Shown here in pieces: positions 47,421 to 56,731 of a stretch of DNA of 64,000 nt (the first letter of the stretch is position 1; every line of letters begins with the position of its first letter). The notes beneath the pieces are model-generated. The model saw only the letters and a program-made list of their open reading frames with translations, searched no databases and was not told where the DNA came from. The position numbers were made by a program, and so were the translations under genes. The stretch is from the NCBI GenBank assembly GCA_015068065.1, contig SVLE01000001.1:3428-67427 (forward strand), read 5' to 3'. The stretch comes from Oscillospiraceae bacterium (GTDB taxonomy: Bacteria > Bacillota > Clostridia > Oscillospirales > Oscillospiraceae).

Positions 47421-48443
47421 ATGGTCATAATCATGAAGCCCGGCACCAGTCAGGAGGCTATCCATGCACTGGTGGAAAAACTGGAAAAGCAGGAAAAGGT
47501 ACAGGTTGGCATCACTCACGGCGTGGGCTGCTCCATTCTGGGTCTGGTGGGCGATACGGTCCACATGGACATCCAGAGACTGGAGATGGAACCCAATGTG
47601 GAACGCGTCATGCGTGTGCAGGAGCCCTATAAAAAGGCCAACCGCAAGTTCCATCCTGAGGATAGCGTGATCACCGCCGGCGGAGTCCCCGTGGGCGGGG
47701 GCAACTTTACCGTGATGGCAGGGCCCTGCTCCGTGGAGAGTGAGGAACAGATCGTCGAAGTGGCCCGGGATGTGAAGAGCGCCGGTGCGTCTCTGCTCCG
47801 AGGCGGCGCGTTCAAGCCCCGCACCAGTCCGTACTCTTTTCAGGGGATGGGACTGGACGGACTCGACCTGTTGCTGGAGGCCAAGCGGGACACCGGATTG
47901 CCCGTGGTCACCGAGATCATGAGTCCCAAGTTCTGCGAGGTCTTTGAGGAAAAGGTGGATCTGGTGCAGGTGGGTGCCCGGAACATGCAGAACTTTGACC
48001 TCTTGAAAGAGGTTGGAAAAATGTCCAAGCCCGTTCTGCTCAAGCGTGGTCTGTCCAGTACCTACGAGGAGTGGATCATGTCTGCGGAGTATATTATGGC
48101 CGCAGGCAACGAGAATGTGATTTTGTGCGAGCGGGGTATCCGCACCTTTGAGACCCAGACCCGCAACACTCTGGATGTGTCCGCCATTCCCGCCATCAAG
48201 CGCATGAGCCATCTGCCCATCGTGGTGGATCCCTCCCATTCCGGCGGTTATCACTGGTTTGTGGAGCCGCTGGCAATGGCGGCCATCGCCGCCGGGGCGG
48301 ACGGACTGATCGTGGAGGTGCACAATGACCCGGCCCGGGCTAAGTGCGACGGTCAGCAGTCCCTGACTCCTGAGCAGTTCCAGCGCTTGATGGACAAGTC
48401 CACGGCTCTGGTGGATCTGATGGGCAAAACGTTAGTACGCTAA
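47421..48443 (+). CDS. aroF: DAHP synthase type I-beta with N-terminal regulatory domain
   Basis: MAGPCSVES, RGGAFKPRTSPYSFQG, GARNMQNF, VDPSHS. Confidence 0.95.
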   Translation: MVIIMKPGTSQEAIHALVEKLEKQEKVQVGITHGVGCSILGLVGDTVHMDIQRLEMEPNVERVMRVQEPYKKANRKFHPEDSVITAGGVPVGGGNFTVMAGPCSVESEEQIVEVARDVKSAGASLLRGGAFKPRTSPYSFQGMGLDGLDLLLEAKRDTGLPVVTEIMSPKFCEVFEEKVDLVQVGARNMQNFDLLKEVGKMSKPVLLKRGLSSTYEEWIMSAEYIMAAGNENVILCERGIRTFETQTRNTLDVSAIPAIKRMSHLPIVVDPSHSGGYHWFVEPLAMAAIAAGADGLIVEVHNDPARAKCDGQQSLTPEQFQRLMDKSTALVDLMGKTLVR

Positions 48444-48458
48444 ACGAAGGTGATTTTC

Positions 48459-49544
48459 GTGAAAACGCTTACCGTGGCCCTGCCAGGCCGTGAATATGAT
48501 ATTCTCATCGAAAAGGGCCTGTTGGACCGGGCGGGAGAATATTGCCGGGGCGTGCTGCCCAAGGCCAAGCGTCTTGCGGTGGTTACAGACAGCAACGTGG
48601 CTCCCCTGTATCTGCAGCGGGTGCAGACTGCGCTGAAGAGTGTCGGGTTTGTGGTTGAGGGCATTGTTGTGCCTGCAGGAGAGGCTTCCAAGAGTTTGGA
48701 GATGCTGGGACGGCTCTATGACCAGATGCTGTCCTTTGGCCTGAGCCGCACTGACGCTGTGGTGGCGCTGGGCGGCGGCGTAGTGGGTGATCTGGCGGGC
48801 TTTGCCGCCGCCACCGTGCTGCGTGGGGTGGACTATGTGCAGATTCCAACGACCCTGCTGGCGCAGGTGGACTCCTCCGTGGGTGGCAAGGTGGCCATCG
48901 ACCTGCCTGCGGGCAAGAATCTGGCCGGCGCTTTCTGGCAGCCGAAACTGGTGCTGATGGATCCGGAGTGTCTGAACACGCTGAGCGACAAAGTGTTTTC
49001 CGACGGGATGGCGGAGGTCATCAAATACGGATGTATTCGGGATAAGGAATTTTTTGATTTCCTCGACCAGTGCGGCGGGCGGTCCGGGGTCATGGAACAT
49101 AGCGAGCAGGTACTCCACACCTGCTGCGACATCAAGCGGCAGGTGGTGCTGGCCGACGAGCGGGACACCGGGCTGCGCATGATCCTGAATTTCGGACATA
49201 CGGTGGGCCACGCCTTTGAGTTGGCCGGACACTATGAGGACTGGACCCACGGTCAGGCTGTGGCCGCGGGGATGGTCTGGGCGGCACGATTGGGAGAAAT
49301 GCTGGGGGTTACCCCTGCCGGGATGCAGGAAAAAATTTGTGCTGTGCTGGAGAAATACACCCTGCCCACTCGCATTCTCTGCCCGTGGGAGACCATGGTG
49401 GAGGCCATTGGTCTGGATAAGAAGCGCGCCGAGGGGGGTATCTCCTTTGTGCTTCTGGACAGGCTGGGCTGGGCTGAACCGAAGAAAATGAACACCGACC
49501 AGCTGCTGGAACAGCTGAAACGGCTATATGAGGAAACGGCATGA
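48459..49544 (+). CDS. aroB: 3-dehydroquinate synthase
   Basis: GGGVVGDLAGF, PTTLLAQVDSSVGGK, LNFGHTVGHA, HGQAVA. Confidence 0.95.
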   Translation: MKTLTVALPGREYDILIEKGLLDRAGEYCRGVLPKAKRLAVVTDSNVAPLYLQRVQTALKSVGFVVEGIVVPAGEASKSLEMLGRLYDQMLSFGLSRTDAVVALGGGVVGDLAGFAAATVLRGVDYVQIPTTLLAQVDSSVGGKVAIDLPAGKNLAGAFWQPKLVLMDPECLNTLSDKVFSDGMAEVIKYGCIRDKEFFDFLDQCGGRSGVMEHSEQVLHTCCDIKRQVVLADERDTGLRMILNFGHTVGHAFELAGHYEDWTHGQAVAAGMVWAARLGEMLGVTPAGMQEKICAVLEKYTLPTRILCPWETMVEAIGLDKKRAEGGISFVLLDRLGWAEPKKMNTDQLLEQLKRLYEETA

Positions 49545-50770
49545 ACATTACCATTCAACCAACCCAGTTAAAGGGGAACATTACTCCGCCGCCCTCCAAA
49601 TCTCAGGCTCACCGGGTGGTCATCGCCGCGGCACTGGCCGGGGGAGTGAGCACCCTGAGTAATGTGGCCCCGTCACAGGATATTCAGGCTACGTTGGGCT
49701 GTATGGCTACCATGGGCACGGGTGTGGAGCCGATGGAGGAGACTGTGGTGCGCATCCACGGTCTGGGTAGATTTGTTGCGCAGAAGATGGACCATCTGCT
49801 TCGGTTTGATTGCGGAGAGTCCGGATCCACCCTGCGATTTCTCGTTCCCGTAGCCCTTGCGGTGGCCGGTGGAGGTGCGTTTGCCGGCCGGGGTCGGCTG
49901 ATGGAGCGGCCTCAGAAGCCCTATTTTGACTTGTTTGATGAAAAGGGTGTTTTCTATGAGCAGAGGGACGGGGCACTTACGGTAAAAGGAACGCTGAAGC
50001 CGGGACGGTATGAATTGCCCGGAAACGTGTCCAGTCAGTTCATCACCGGCCTTCTGTACGCCCTGCCTTTGCTGAACGGGGACAGTGAGATCCTGCTGAC
50101 CACCCCGCTGGAGTCGGAGGGCTATGTGGATATGACCCTTGAGGCGCTGGGACTGTACGGCATCAATGTTCGTCGGCAGGAAAACCGTTTCGCCGTGCCC
50201 GGGCGACAGCAGTACCAAAGCCGGGATGTGAGGATTGAGGCGGACTGGTCTCAGGCAGCTTTCTGGTACGCGGCCCGGGCGTTGGGAAGCGAAGTGTCCG
50301 TTGCAGGACTTAACAAAGAATCGGCTCAGGGCGACCGGGTGATCGCGCAGCAGTTTGAACAGCTGACTGTCCCCGGAGACGTGGCGCTGGACGTGTCTCA
50401 GTGTCCCGACCTTGTGCCTGCGCTGGCGGCGATGGCCGCGGTGCGGCAGGGGAGGACATACATTACTAACGCAGCCCGCCTGCGCATCAAGGAGAGCGAC
50501 CGCCTTGCTGCTGTTGCCGATGTGCTGGGAAGACTGGGCGCGGATGTGACCGAGCAGGCTGACGGTCTGACCCTCGTGGGGCGGGACAGTCTTACGGGCG
50601 GCGTCAGCGTAGACAGCCACAATGACCACCGCATCGTCATGATGGCCGCTGTGGCGGCCACCTGCTGCCATCGGCCCATCACTGTTGTGGGTGCGCACTG
50701 TGTAGCCAAATCCTACCCGGATTTCTGGAAGGACTATGAAAAACTTGGCGGCAGAATCGTTAGGAGTTGA
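49541..50770 (+). CDS. aroA: EPSP synthase
   Basis: PPSKSQAHR, CGESGSTLRF, SSQFITGLL, RIKESDR, HNDHRI, KSYP. Confidence 0.95.
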   Translation: MNITIQPTQLKGNITPPPSKSQAHRVVIAAALAGGVSTLSNVAPSQDIQATLGCMATMGTGVEPMEETVVRIHGLGRFVAQKMDHLLRFDCGESGSTLRFLVPVALAVAGGGAFAGRGRLMERPQKPYFDLFDEKGVFYEQRDGALTVKGTLKPGRYELPGNVSSQFITGLLYALPLLNGDSEILLTTPLESEGYVDMTLEALGLYGINVRRQENRFAVPGRQQYQSRDVRIEADWSQAAFWYAARALGSEVSVAGLNKESAQGDRVIAQQFEQLTVPGDVALDVSQCPDLVPALAAMAAVRQGRTYITNAARLRIKESDRLAAVADVLGRLGADVTEQADGLTLVGRDSLTGGVSVDSHNDHRIVMMAAVAATCCHRPITVVGAHCVAKSYPDFWKDYEKLGGRIVRS

Positions 50771-50775
50771 CTTCT

Positions 50776-51825
50776 ATGAAGTACAGTATTTTCGGAGAGT
50801 CCCATGGCCCCGCCATCGGCGTGGTGCTGGAGGGAGTGCCCTCGGGGTTTGAATTGGATATGGAAGCCGTCCAAAAGGAGTTGGACCGGCGCAGACCGGG
50901 CAAAAGCACCCTTTCCACCGCCCGGAAGGAGACGGATGTGCCCAAAATTCTGTCCGGTGTGTTTCAGGGCAGGACCACCGGCACGCCCCTGTGTGCTGTG
51001 ATCGAAAACGAAGATCAGCATTCCGGAGACTATGAGGCTACGAAACATCTGGCCCGGCCCGGCCACGCGGACTGGCCTGCCCATGTGCGCTATGAGGGAT
51101 TTAACGATTACCGGGGAGGCGGCCATTTCTCCGGTCGGCTCACCGCGCCGCTGGTTTTTGCCGGGGCGGTGGCCAAGCAGATTCTGGCCCAAAAGGGAAT
51201 TGAAATCGGCGCGCACATCAGCAGCATTTACGGCATCAACGATGCTGTAGCGGAGGATAAGGACGCGCTTTTGGCTGTGGCGGAGAAGGAGTTTCCCGTG
51301 CTGGATGATGCCTGCGGCGAAGAGATGCGGCAGGCCATACTGGAGGCCAAGGAGGAGCGGGACAGCGTGGGGGGCAGCATCGAGTGCATGGTGTTCGGCC
51401 TGCCTGCCGGACTGGGAAGTCCTGATTTCGGCCTGAATGTGGAGGGTGTTTTTTCTCAGCACCTGTTCGCGGTCCCGGCGGTGAAGGCAGTGGGCTTCGG
51501 CGCGGGGGCGGCCTTCTCCCTTATGCGGGGCTCCGAGGCCAACGACCCCCTCTATGTGGACGATGACGGGACAGTGAGAGCTGAGCAGAACAACGCCGGC
51601 GGAGTCAACGGCGGCATTACCAATGGAATGCCTGTGGTTTTTGAAGTGACCATGCGGCCCACGCCCTCCATCGCCCGCACACAGTTTACTGTTGATATGG
51701 AGAAGATGGAGAATGCCGAACTGGAGCTGAAAGGTCGGCACGATCCCTGTGTGGTCCACCGGGCTGTGCCGGTTATTGAAGCTGCTGCTGCCCTTGCTGC
51801 CTGTGACGTGCTGGACATCGGATAA
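50776..51825 (+). CDS. aroC: Chorismate synthase
   Basis: FGESHG, RPGHAD, GGGHFSGRLT, RPTPSI, GRHDPC. Confidence 0.95.
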   Translation: MKYSIFGESHGPAIGVVLEGVPSGFELDMEAVQKELDRRRPGKSTLSTARKETDVPKILSGVFQGRTTGTPLCAVIENEDQHSGDYEATKHLARPGHADWPAHVRYEGFNDYRGGGHFSGRLTAPLVFAGAVAKQILAQKGIEIGAHISSIYGINDAVAEDKDALLAVAEKEFPVLDDACGEEMRQAILEAKEERDSVGGSIECMVFGLPAGLGSPDFGLNVEGVFSQHLFAVPAVKAVGFGAGAAFSLMRGSEANDPLYVDDDGTVRAEQNNAGGVNGGITNGMPVVFEVTMRPTPSIARTQFTVDMEKMENAELELKGRHDPCVVHRAVPVIEAAAALAACDVLDIG

Positions 51826-51839
51826 AGAAGGTGTTTTTC

Positions 51840-52994
51840 GTGGAAGAACTCAAACAATACCGGGAACAGATCGATACCATTGACCGGCAGCTTGCCGACC
51901 TGTTTCAGCAGCGCATGGACGTGGTGGACAATGTGGGCCGGTACAAAGTGGAGCGCAATATGCCTGTGCTGGACGCAAAGCGGGAACAGGAGGTGCTGGC
52001 AGCCAAGGCGGCTCTTGCCCGGGATGAGGGGATGAGTGCCGATCTGGCTGCGCTGTTCGAAAACATCATGGCCATCAGTCGTCGACGACAGCGCGGGCTG
52101 GTGAAGGAAAACGGAGAAGAACCGGGCTATGAGCGCTGCAAGCGGGCTATAGCAGCAGCCCGTACTCCCGTTTCCAATCCCAAAGTGGTCTATCAGGGCG
52201 TGGCCGGGGCGTACAGCGAGATGGCCTGTATCAACTTCTTTGGCGACACATCGGAGAATATCGGTTTGGAGCAGTTTGAGGATGTGTTTGAGGCGCTGAA
52301 AAAGGGTGAAGCAGACTACGCCGTGCTGCCCATCGAGAACAGCACCAGCGGTGCCATCCGTCAGGTCTATGATTTGATGACTCAATATGAATATTCCATC
52401 GTGGGTGAGACTACGGTCAGGGTGGAGCACTGCCTTATGGCGCCCCGGGGGGCCTCGCTGGACACCATTACCCACGTCTACTCCCATGAGCAGGGACTGT
52501 TCCAGTCCGACCGTTTTCTCAACACCCATCCGGACTGGGTGCAGGTGCCCTGCGCCGATACGGCGGGGGCGGGGAAATATGTGGCCCGGACCGGAGATAT
52601 GACCAAGGCGGCCATCTGTTCGGAGCGGGCGGCAGCGCTGTACGGCTTGGACATCCTTGTTCGGGGGACCAACCACAATTCCAACAACACTACCCGGTTC
52701 GTGGTGGTCAGCCCGGTCATGGAACTGCGGGAGGGGGCGGACAAGATCAGTACCGTGTTCTCCCTGCCGCACGAGGCGGGCAGTCTGCACCGTATTATGA
52801 CTATTTTCGCCGTCAACGGACTGAACATGACCAGACTGGAGTCCCGGCCCATGCCTGGCCACAGCTGGGAGTACATGTTCTTCCTGGAATTTACCGGCAA
52901 CCTGACCGCGCCGGAGATGGACGGGATCCTGCACGAGCTGGCCCAGACTGCTGCGGATTTCCGGGTGCTTGGCAACTTCGTGTCCAATCTGTGA
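51840..52994 (+). CDS. pheA: Chorismate mutase / prephenate dehydratase
   Basis: N-terminal CM (REQIDTID), YQGVAGAYSE, LPIENS, NTTRF, ACT domain LESRP. Confidence 0.9.
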   Translation: MEELKQYREQIDTIDRQLADLFQQRMDVVDNVGRYKVERNMPVLDAKREQEVLAAKAALARDEGMSADLAALFENIMAISRRRQRGLVKENGEEPGYERCKRAIAAARTPVSNPKVVYQGVAGAYSEMACINFFGDTSENIGLEQFEDVFEALKKGEADYAVLPIENSTSGAIRQVYDLMTQYEYSIVGETTVRVEHCLMAPRGASLDTITHVYSHEQGLFQSDRFLNTHPDWVQVPCADTAGAGKYVARTGDMTKAAICSERAAALYGLDILVRGTNHNSNNTTRFVVVSPVMELREGADKISTVFSLPHEAGSLHRIMTIFAVNGLNMTRLESRPMPGHSWEYMFFLEFTGNLTAPEMDGILHELAQTAADFRVLGNFVSNL

Positions 52995-53004
52995 GGGTGT
53001 GGCA

Positions 53005-53511
53005 ATGAAGAAGAATATCGTGCTTATCGGTATGCCCGGGTGCGGGAAATCGGCTGTGGGAAAGGAACTTTCCGCCATGCTGCACATGGTGCTGGTGGAT
53101 ACCGACCAGATGGTGGAGCAGGCAGACGGGCGCGCCATCCCGGAGATATTTGCCCGGGAGGGGGAGCGGACCTTCCGGGACAAAGAGACTGCGGCGGCGA
53201 AACAGGCGGCCTCCATGACCGGTATGATCATCGCCACCGGGGGCGGCATGGTCCTGCGGGAAGAAAATATGCGTGCGCTGGGGGAGAACGGCATTGTCTT
53301 TTTCCGGGACCGGGACATTGCGGACATTTTGGGAGAGGATCTGACAGACCGACCCCTGCTCAGCGGGGATCAACGGCGTATTTATGATCTCTATGAGCAG
53401 CGCATCCACCTTTACCGCAAATATGCCCATCACACCATTTCCAACACCAACACCGCCAGAGAGGCGGCGGAGTGTATCGCCGCCATCTACGAGAGGGAGT
53501 GTAAGGGATGA
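53005..53511 (+). CDS. aroK: Shikimate kinase
   Basis: IGMPGCGKS, GERTFRDKE, ATGGG, RPLL. Confidence 0.95.
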   Translation: MKKNIVLIGMPGCGKSAVGKELSAMLHMVLVDTDQMVEQADGRAIPEIFAREGERTFRDKETAAAKQAASMTGMIIATGGGMVLREENMRALGENGIVFFRDRDIADILGEDLTDRPLLSGDQRRIYDLYEQRIHLYRKYAHHTISNTNTAREAAECIAAIYERECKG

Positions 53512-53939
53512 AATTTCTCATCATCAACGGCCCCAACCTGAACCTGTTGGGCAAGCGGGAGCCGGGCATTTATGGCGATCAGACCTACGAGGCTTTGTGC
53601 GCCATGATAAAGGAACATGCCGAAAAAAACGGTTCCACAGCAGACTTTTTTCAGTCCAATCACGAGGGGGCCATCATTGATGCCATTCACGGGGCGGACG
53701 AGGTGTACGATGCCATTATCATCAATCCGGCCGCCTACACCCATTACAGCTATGCCATTCTGGATGCACTGAAGGCGGTGCAGGTGCCGGCCTATGAGGT
53801 GCATATTTCCAACATCGACCGGCGGGAGAGTTTTCGGGCGGTCTCCGTCACCGCGCCTGCATGTGTGGGCCAGCTGTACGGACACGGCTTTGCGGGTTAC
53901 CTGATGGCTATGGATTATTTTCTGGAGGGCCGGGCATGA
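53508..53939 (+). CDS. aroQ: Type II 3-dehydroquinate dehydratase
   Basis: NGPNLNLLGKREPGIYG, QSNHEG, NPAAYTHYS, EVHISN. Confidence 0.95.
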   Translation: MKFLIINGPNLNLLGKREPGIYGDQTYEALCAMIKEHAEKNGSTADFFQSNHEGAIIDAIHGADEVYDAIIINPAAYTHYSYAILDALKAVQVPAYEVHISNIDRRESFRAVSVTAPACVGQLYGHGFAGYLMAMDYFLEGRA

Positions 53940-54778
53940 GGAAGCTGTGTGTCATCGGTGATCCGGTGGAACATTCGCTGTCTCCTCTGATCCAGAACGC
54001 CATGATCGAGGCCGCTGGGCTGGATTTTATTTACGATGCCCGACGGGTGGCGGGGAGCGATACCGCCCCATGGCTCGCTCAGGCAAAAAATGAGGGGTAC
54101 GCCGGATTTAATGCCACCATGCCCCATAAGGAAACGCTGGTTCGGCTCATGGACGAGCTGTCTGCGGATGCGGCTCAGTTCCGGTCTGTGAATACGGTGT
54201 GCATCCGAAACGGCAGAACTTACGGCTATAACACGGACGGTGACGGCGTCCTGCAGGCCCTGCGGGAGGCGGACATGGATCCGGAGGGCCGGTGTGTTCT
54301 GGTTCTGGGTGCCGGGGGTGCCGCCAAAGCGGTAGTGACCAAGCTGGTGGAAGCAGGGGCACGGAACGTTGCTGTGGCCAACCGCACAGTGGAGCGGGCG
54401 AGGCAGTTGTGTTCGCAGGTGGATGCATTGAGGCTGACTGCCTGTGACTTTTCCCGGGAAACATTGTGCTGTTACGCTTCAAAAAGTCAGCTGGTGGTCA
54501 ACTGCACCAGTCTGGGAATGACGGGGGCCCGGGGGCAGTTTGAGGACCTGTCCTTTCTGGAAGAATTGAAGTCGGGGGCAGGAGTGTTCGATCTGATCTA
54601 CAGCCCGGCCCGGACCCGGCTGCTGGAACGGGCGGGGGAGCTGGGACACAAAACAGCCAATGGCCTTGGCATGCTGATCTGGCAGGCAATCTTTGCGCTG
54701 GAACACTTTGCAGACACTGAACTGGATGGGGTGGCCATGGCGGCTGTAGCCCGCAAGGCACTGGAGGAAAGACTATGA
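53936..54778 (+). CDS. aroE: Shikimate dehydrogenase
   Basis: GDPVEHSLSP, NATMPHK, NTDG, GAGGAA, GLGMLIWQA. Confidence 0.95.
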   Translation: MRKLCVIGDPVEHSLSPLIQNAMIEAAGLDFIYDARRVAGSDTAPWLAQAKNEGYAGFNATMPHKETLVRLMDELSADAAQFRSVNTVCIRNGRTYGYNTDGDGVLQALREADMDPEGRCVLVLGAGGAAKAVVTKLVEAGARNVAVANRTVERARQLCSQVDALRLTACDFSRETLCCYASKSQLVVNCTSLGMTGARGQFEDLSFLEELKSGAGVFDLIYSPARTRLLERAGELGHKTANGLGMLIWQAIFALEHFADTELDGVAMAAVARKALEERL

Positions 54779-55509
54779 GCACTGTATTGATCACCGGCGC
54801 GTCCCGGGGCATCGGGGCGGCAACGGCCCGTCTGTTTGCCCAAAAGGGCTGGGATGTGGCGGTCAATTATAACAAAAGCGAGCAGGCGGCCCGGGAACTT
54901 GTCCGGGAACTGTCTGCGCTGGGTGTGCGTGCCTGTGCTATCCGGGCGGATGTGTCTGACCCGGCGCAGGCCACGGAACTGGTGGAGCAGACTGTTCGGG
55001 AGCTGGGCGGGTTGAATGCGCTGGTTTGTAACGCAGGAATTGCCCTGCCTCAGCAATTGCTTACCGACACTACCGACGAACAGTGGCGGAGCGTCTTTGC
55101 TGCCAATGTGGACGGGATGTTCTACACCGTCCGGGCGGCCGTGCCCCACTTTGTCCGGAAAAAGGCCGGACACATTGTCACCGTGTCCTCGGTTTGGGGG
55201 ATGACCGGTGGATCCTGTGAGGTGGCCTATTCTGCAGCTAAGGGTGCGGTGGTTGCCATGACGAAGGCGCTGGCCAAGGAACTTGGCCCCTCGGGCATCA
55301 CGGTCAACTGTGTGGCACCCGGTGTCATTGCCACGGATATGAATGCCCATCTGGACGGGGACAGTCTGGAGTCCCTGCGTCAGGAAATTCCGCTGGAACG
55401 GATCGGGACACCGGAGGATGTTGCGCGAAGTATTTTATTCCTGTCCGATGGGGAAAATACCTATACCACAGGTCAGGTACTGCAACCGAACGGCGGCATT
55501 TTTATCTGA
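54775..55509 (+). CDS. FabG-like SDR, YmfI (EF-P 5-aminopentanone reductase) type
   Basis: TGASRGIG; SSVWGMTGGSCEVAYSAAKG resembles the YmfI SSIWGxxGASCEV signature. Confidence 0.75.
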   Translation: MSTVLITGASRGIGAATARLFAQKGWDVAVNYNKSEQAARELVRELSALGVRACAIRADVSDPAQATELVEQTVRELGGLNALVCNAGIALPQQLLTDTTDEQWRSVFAANVDGMFYTVRAAVPHFVRKKAGHIVTVSSVWGMTGGSCEVAYSAAKGAVVAMTKALAKELGPSGITVNCVAPGVIATDMNAHLDGDSLESLRQEIPLERIGTPEDVARSILFLSDGENTYTTGQVLQPNGGIFI

Positions 55510-55517
55510 ATCCACTG

Positions 55518-55550
55518 CGCCCGAAGCATTTTGTGACTTCGGGCGATTTT
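55518..55550 (+). terminator. Probable terminator of the aro operon
   Basis: CGCCCGAAG...CTTCGGGCG followed by ATTTT. Confidence 0.6.
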
Positions 55551-55689
55551 ATTAGCAAAACTAAAGAATATTAATTTAAAATGAAAATTTTGTGAACTTT
55601 TCGGTGAAATATTGACAAGGACGAGTTGCGGGAATATAGTATCAATGAACAAAATCGTCTATTTTATAACCGAGAAGGAGAACGTTGTC

Positions 55690-56112
55690 ATGGAACAGAC
55701 GAAACGACTGCTTAATTCCTATCTGCGGGTGACCCAGCGTATGTCCCGGCAGTTTCGGGATTATTTTGATCAGCCGGACCTGACCCTGCCCCAGATGCTG
55801 GTACTTACGGCTCTGGGTGAGGAGGGGACCATGCCCATCAGCCAGCTGGCCCGGTACGTCGGCAGTGCCAACAGCACCGTGTCCGGAATTGTGGACCGAT
55901 TGGAGAAGATGGGGCTGGTGGAGCGCATCCGCTCTGAAGAGGACCGACGGGTAATCCATGTGGGGCTGACGGCAGGATACCGAGCGCGGAAGAAGAGTGC
56001 AGCCAGCGTCAGTGCATATCTGAGCAAGCGGCTGAGCAGCTTATCCGCGCAGGAACTGGACGATATCCGGATTTCGATGGAAATGCTGGACCGGGCATTG
56101 GACCAGGGGTAA
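55690..56112 (+). CDS. MarR-family regulator
   Basis: LTLPQMLVL, STVSGIVDRLEKMGLVER, EDRRV; promoter TTGACA-N17-TATAGT at 55612-40. Confidence 0.9.
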   Translation: MEQTKRLLNSYLRVTQRMSRQFRDYFDQPDLTLPQMLVLTALGEEGTMPISQLARYVGSANSTVSGIVDRLEKMGLVERIRSEEDRRVIHVGLTAGYRARKKSAASVSAYLSKRLSSLSAQELDDIRISMEMLDRALDQG

Positions 56113-56195
56113 GCTCGCAACGGATTTCGCTGCATTGTGCGCGCCATGCGCGCGTGATATAATGTGGCATGCGGATAACGGAAGGAGGGCGGACT

Positions 56196-56480
56196 GTGAA
56201 ACGACGCAGATATGGCGGCTACCACGGCAGGGTTACGGGTCGTGATGTATTCAGGCTGGTGCTGGCTTTGTTTCTGATCTTGCTGGTACTGGCGGCTGCG
56301 GGCCTGATGATCGGCCAGCGCTACCTTATATATACTGACGAGGGCGTTCGGTTGGAACTCCCCTTTTTCGGTAGGGAGGAGGCATCTTCGCAGGAGGCCT
56401 CTGTTTCTGCGCAGATAGTGCAGTTGCCCCGACCGGAGTCGGGATATGCAGCGGAGGATCCGCTGCCGGAATCGGAATAA
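56196..56480 (+). CDS. Single-TM hypothetical protein, possibly truncated
   Basis: AAGGAGG RBS and GTG start; basic N-terminus, TM helix, YTDEGVRLELPF, short acidic tail. Confidence 0.55.
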   Translation: MKRRRYGGYHGRVTGRDVFRLVLALFLILLVLAAAGLMIGQRYLIYTDEGVRLELPFFGREEASSQEASVSAQIVQLPRPESGYAAEDPLPESE

Positions 56481-56490
56481 CAAACACGGT

Positions 56491-56523
56491 ACCGCGGTGC
56501 GAAAGCACTGCGGTTTTGCTTTA
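56491..56523 (+). terminator. Intrinsic terminator
   Basis: ACCGCGGTGC-gaaa-GCACTGCGGT followed by TTTGCTTTT. Confidence 0.7.
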
Positions 56524-56580
56524 CAGGACACCTGTACTTGAGGAACAGACAAAAAAACTTAATTTAACCTGAAAAAGTAG

Positions 56581-56609
56581 TTGCTTTTTTATGACGTTCC
56601 TGTTATAGT
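56581..56609 (+). promoter_or_regulatory. SigmaA promoter of the SLH gene
   Basis: TTGCTT-N17-TATAGT with extended TG and A-rich upstream region. Confidence 0.65.
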
Positions 56610-56731
56610 GAACTTGGATTATGGCCGTCGTGGGGGTTATTATACCCATCGAAGAACCATGATCGGCAGAAAACCTCCGGCTCGGTCCGGCAAACCGGGA
56701 CGGATGGAACAATTCAAGGAGGTATATCCAC

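Noticed and set aside
56486-56523. GGTACCGCGG resembling a T-box core
   Set aside because: Part of a simple terminator hairpin just after a stop codon; no stem I and no amino-acid gene downstream
56686-56705. GGCAAACC suggesting a c-di-GMP-I riboswitch
   Set aside because: The GAAA-capped stem, GCAAAG and second stem of the consensus are missing
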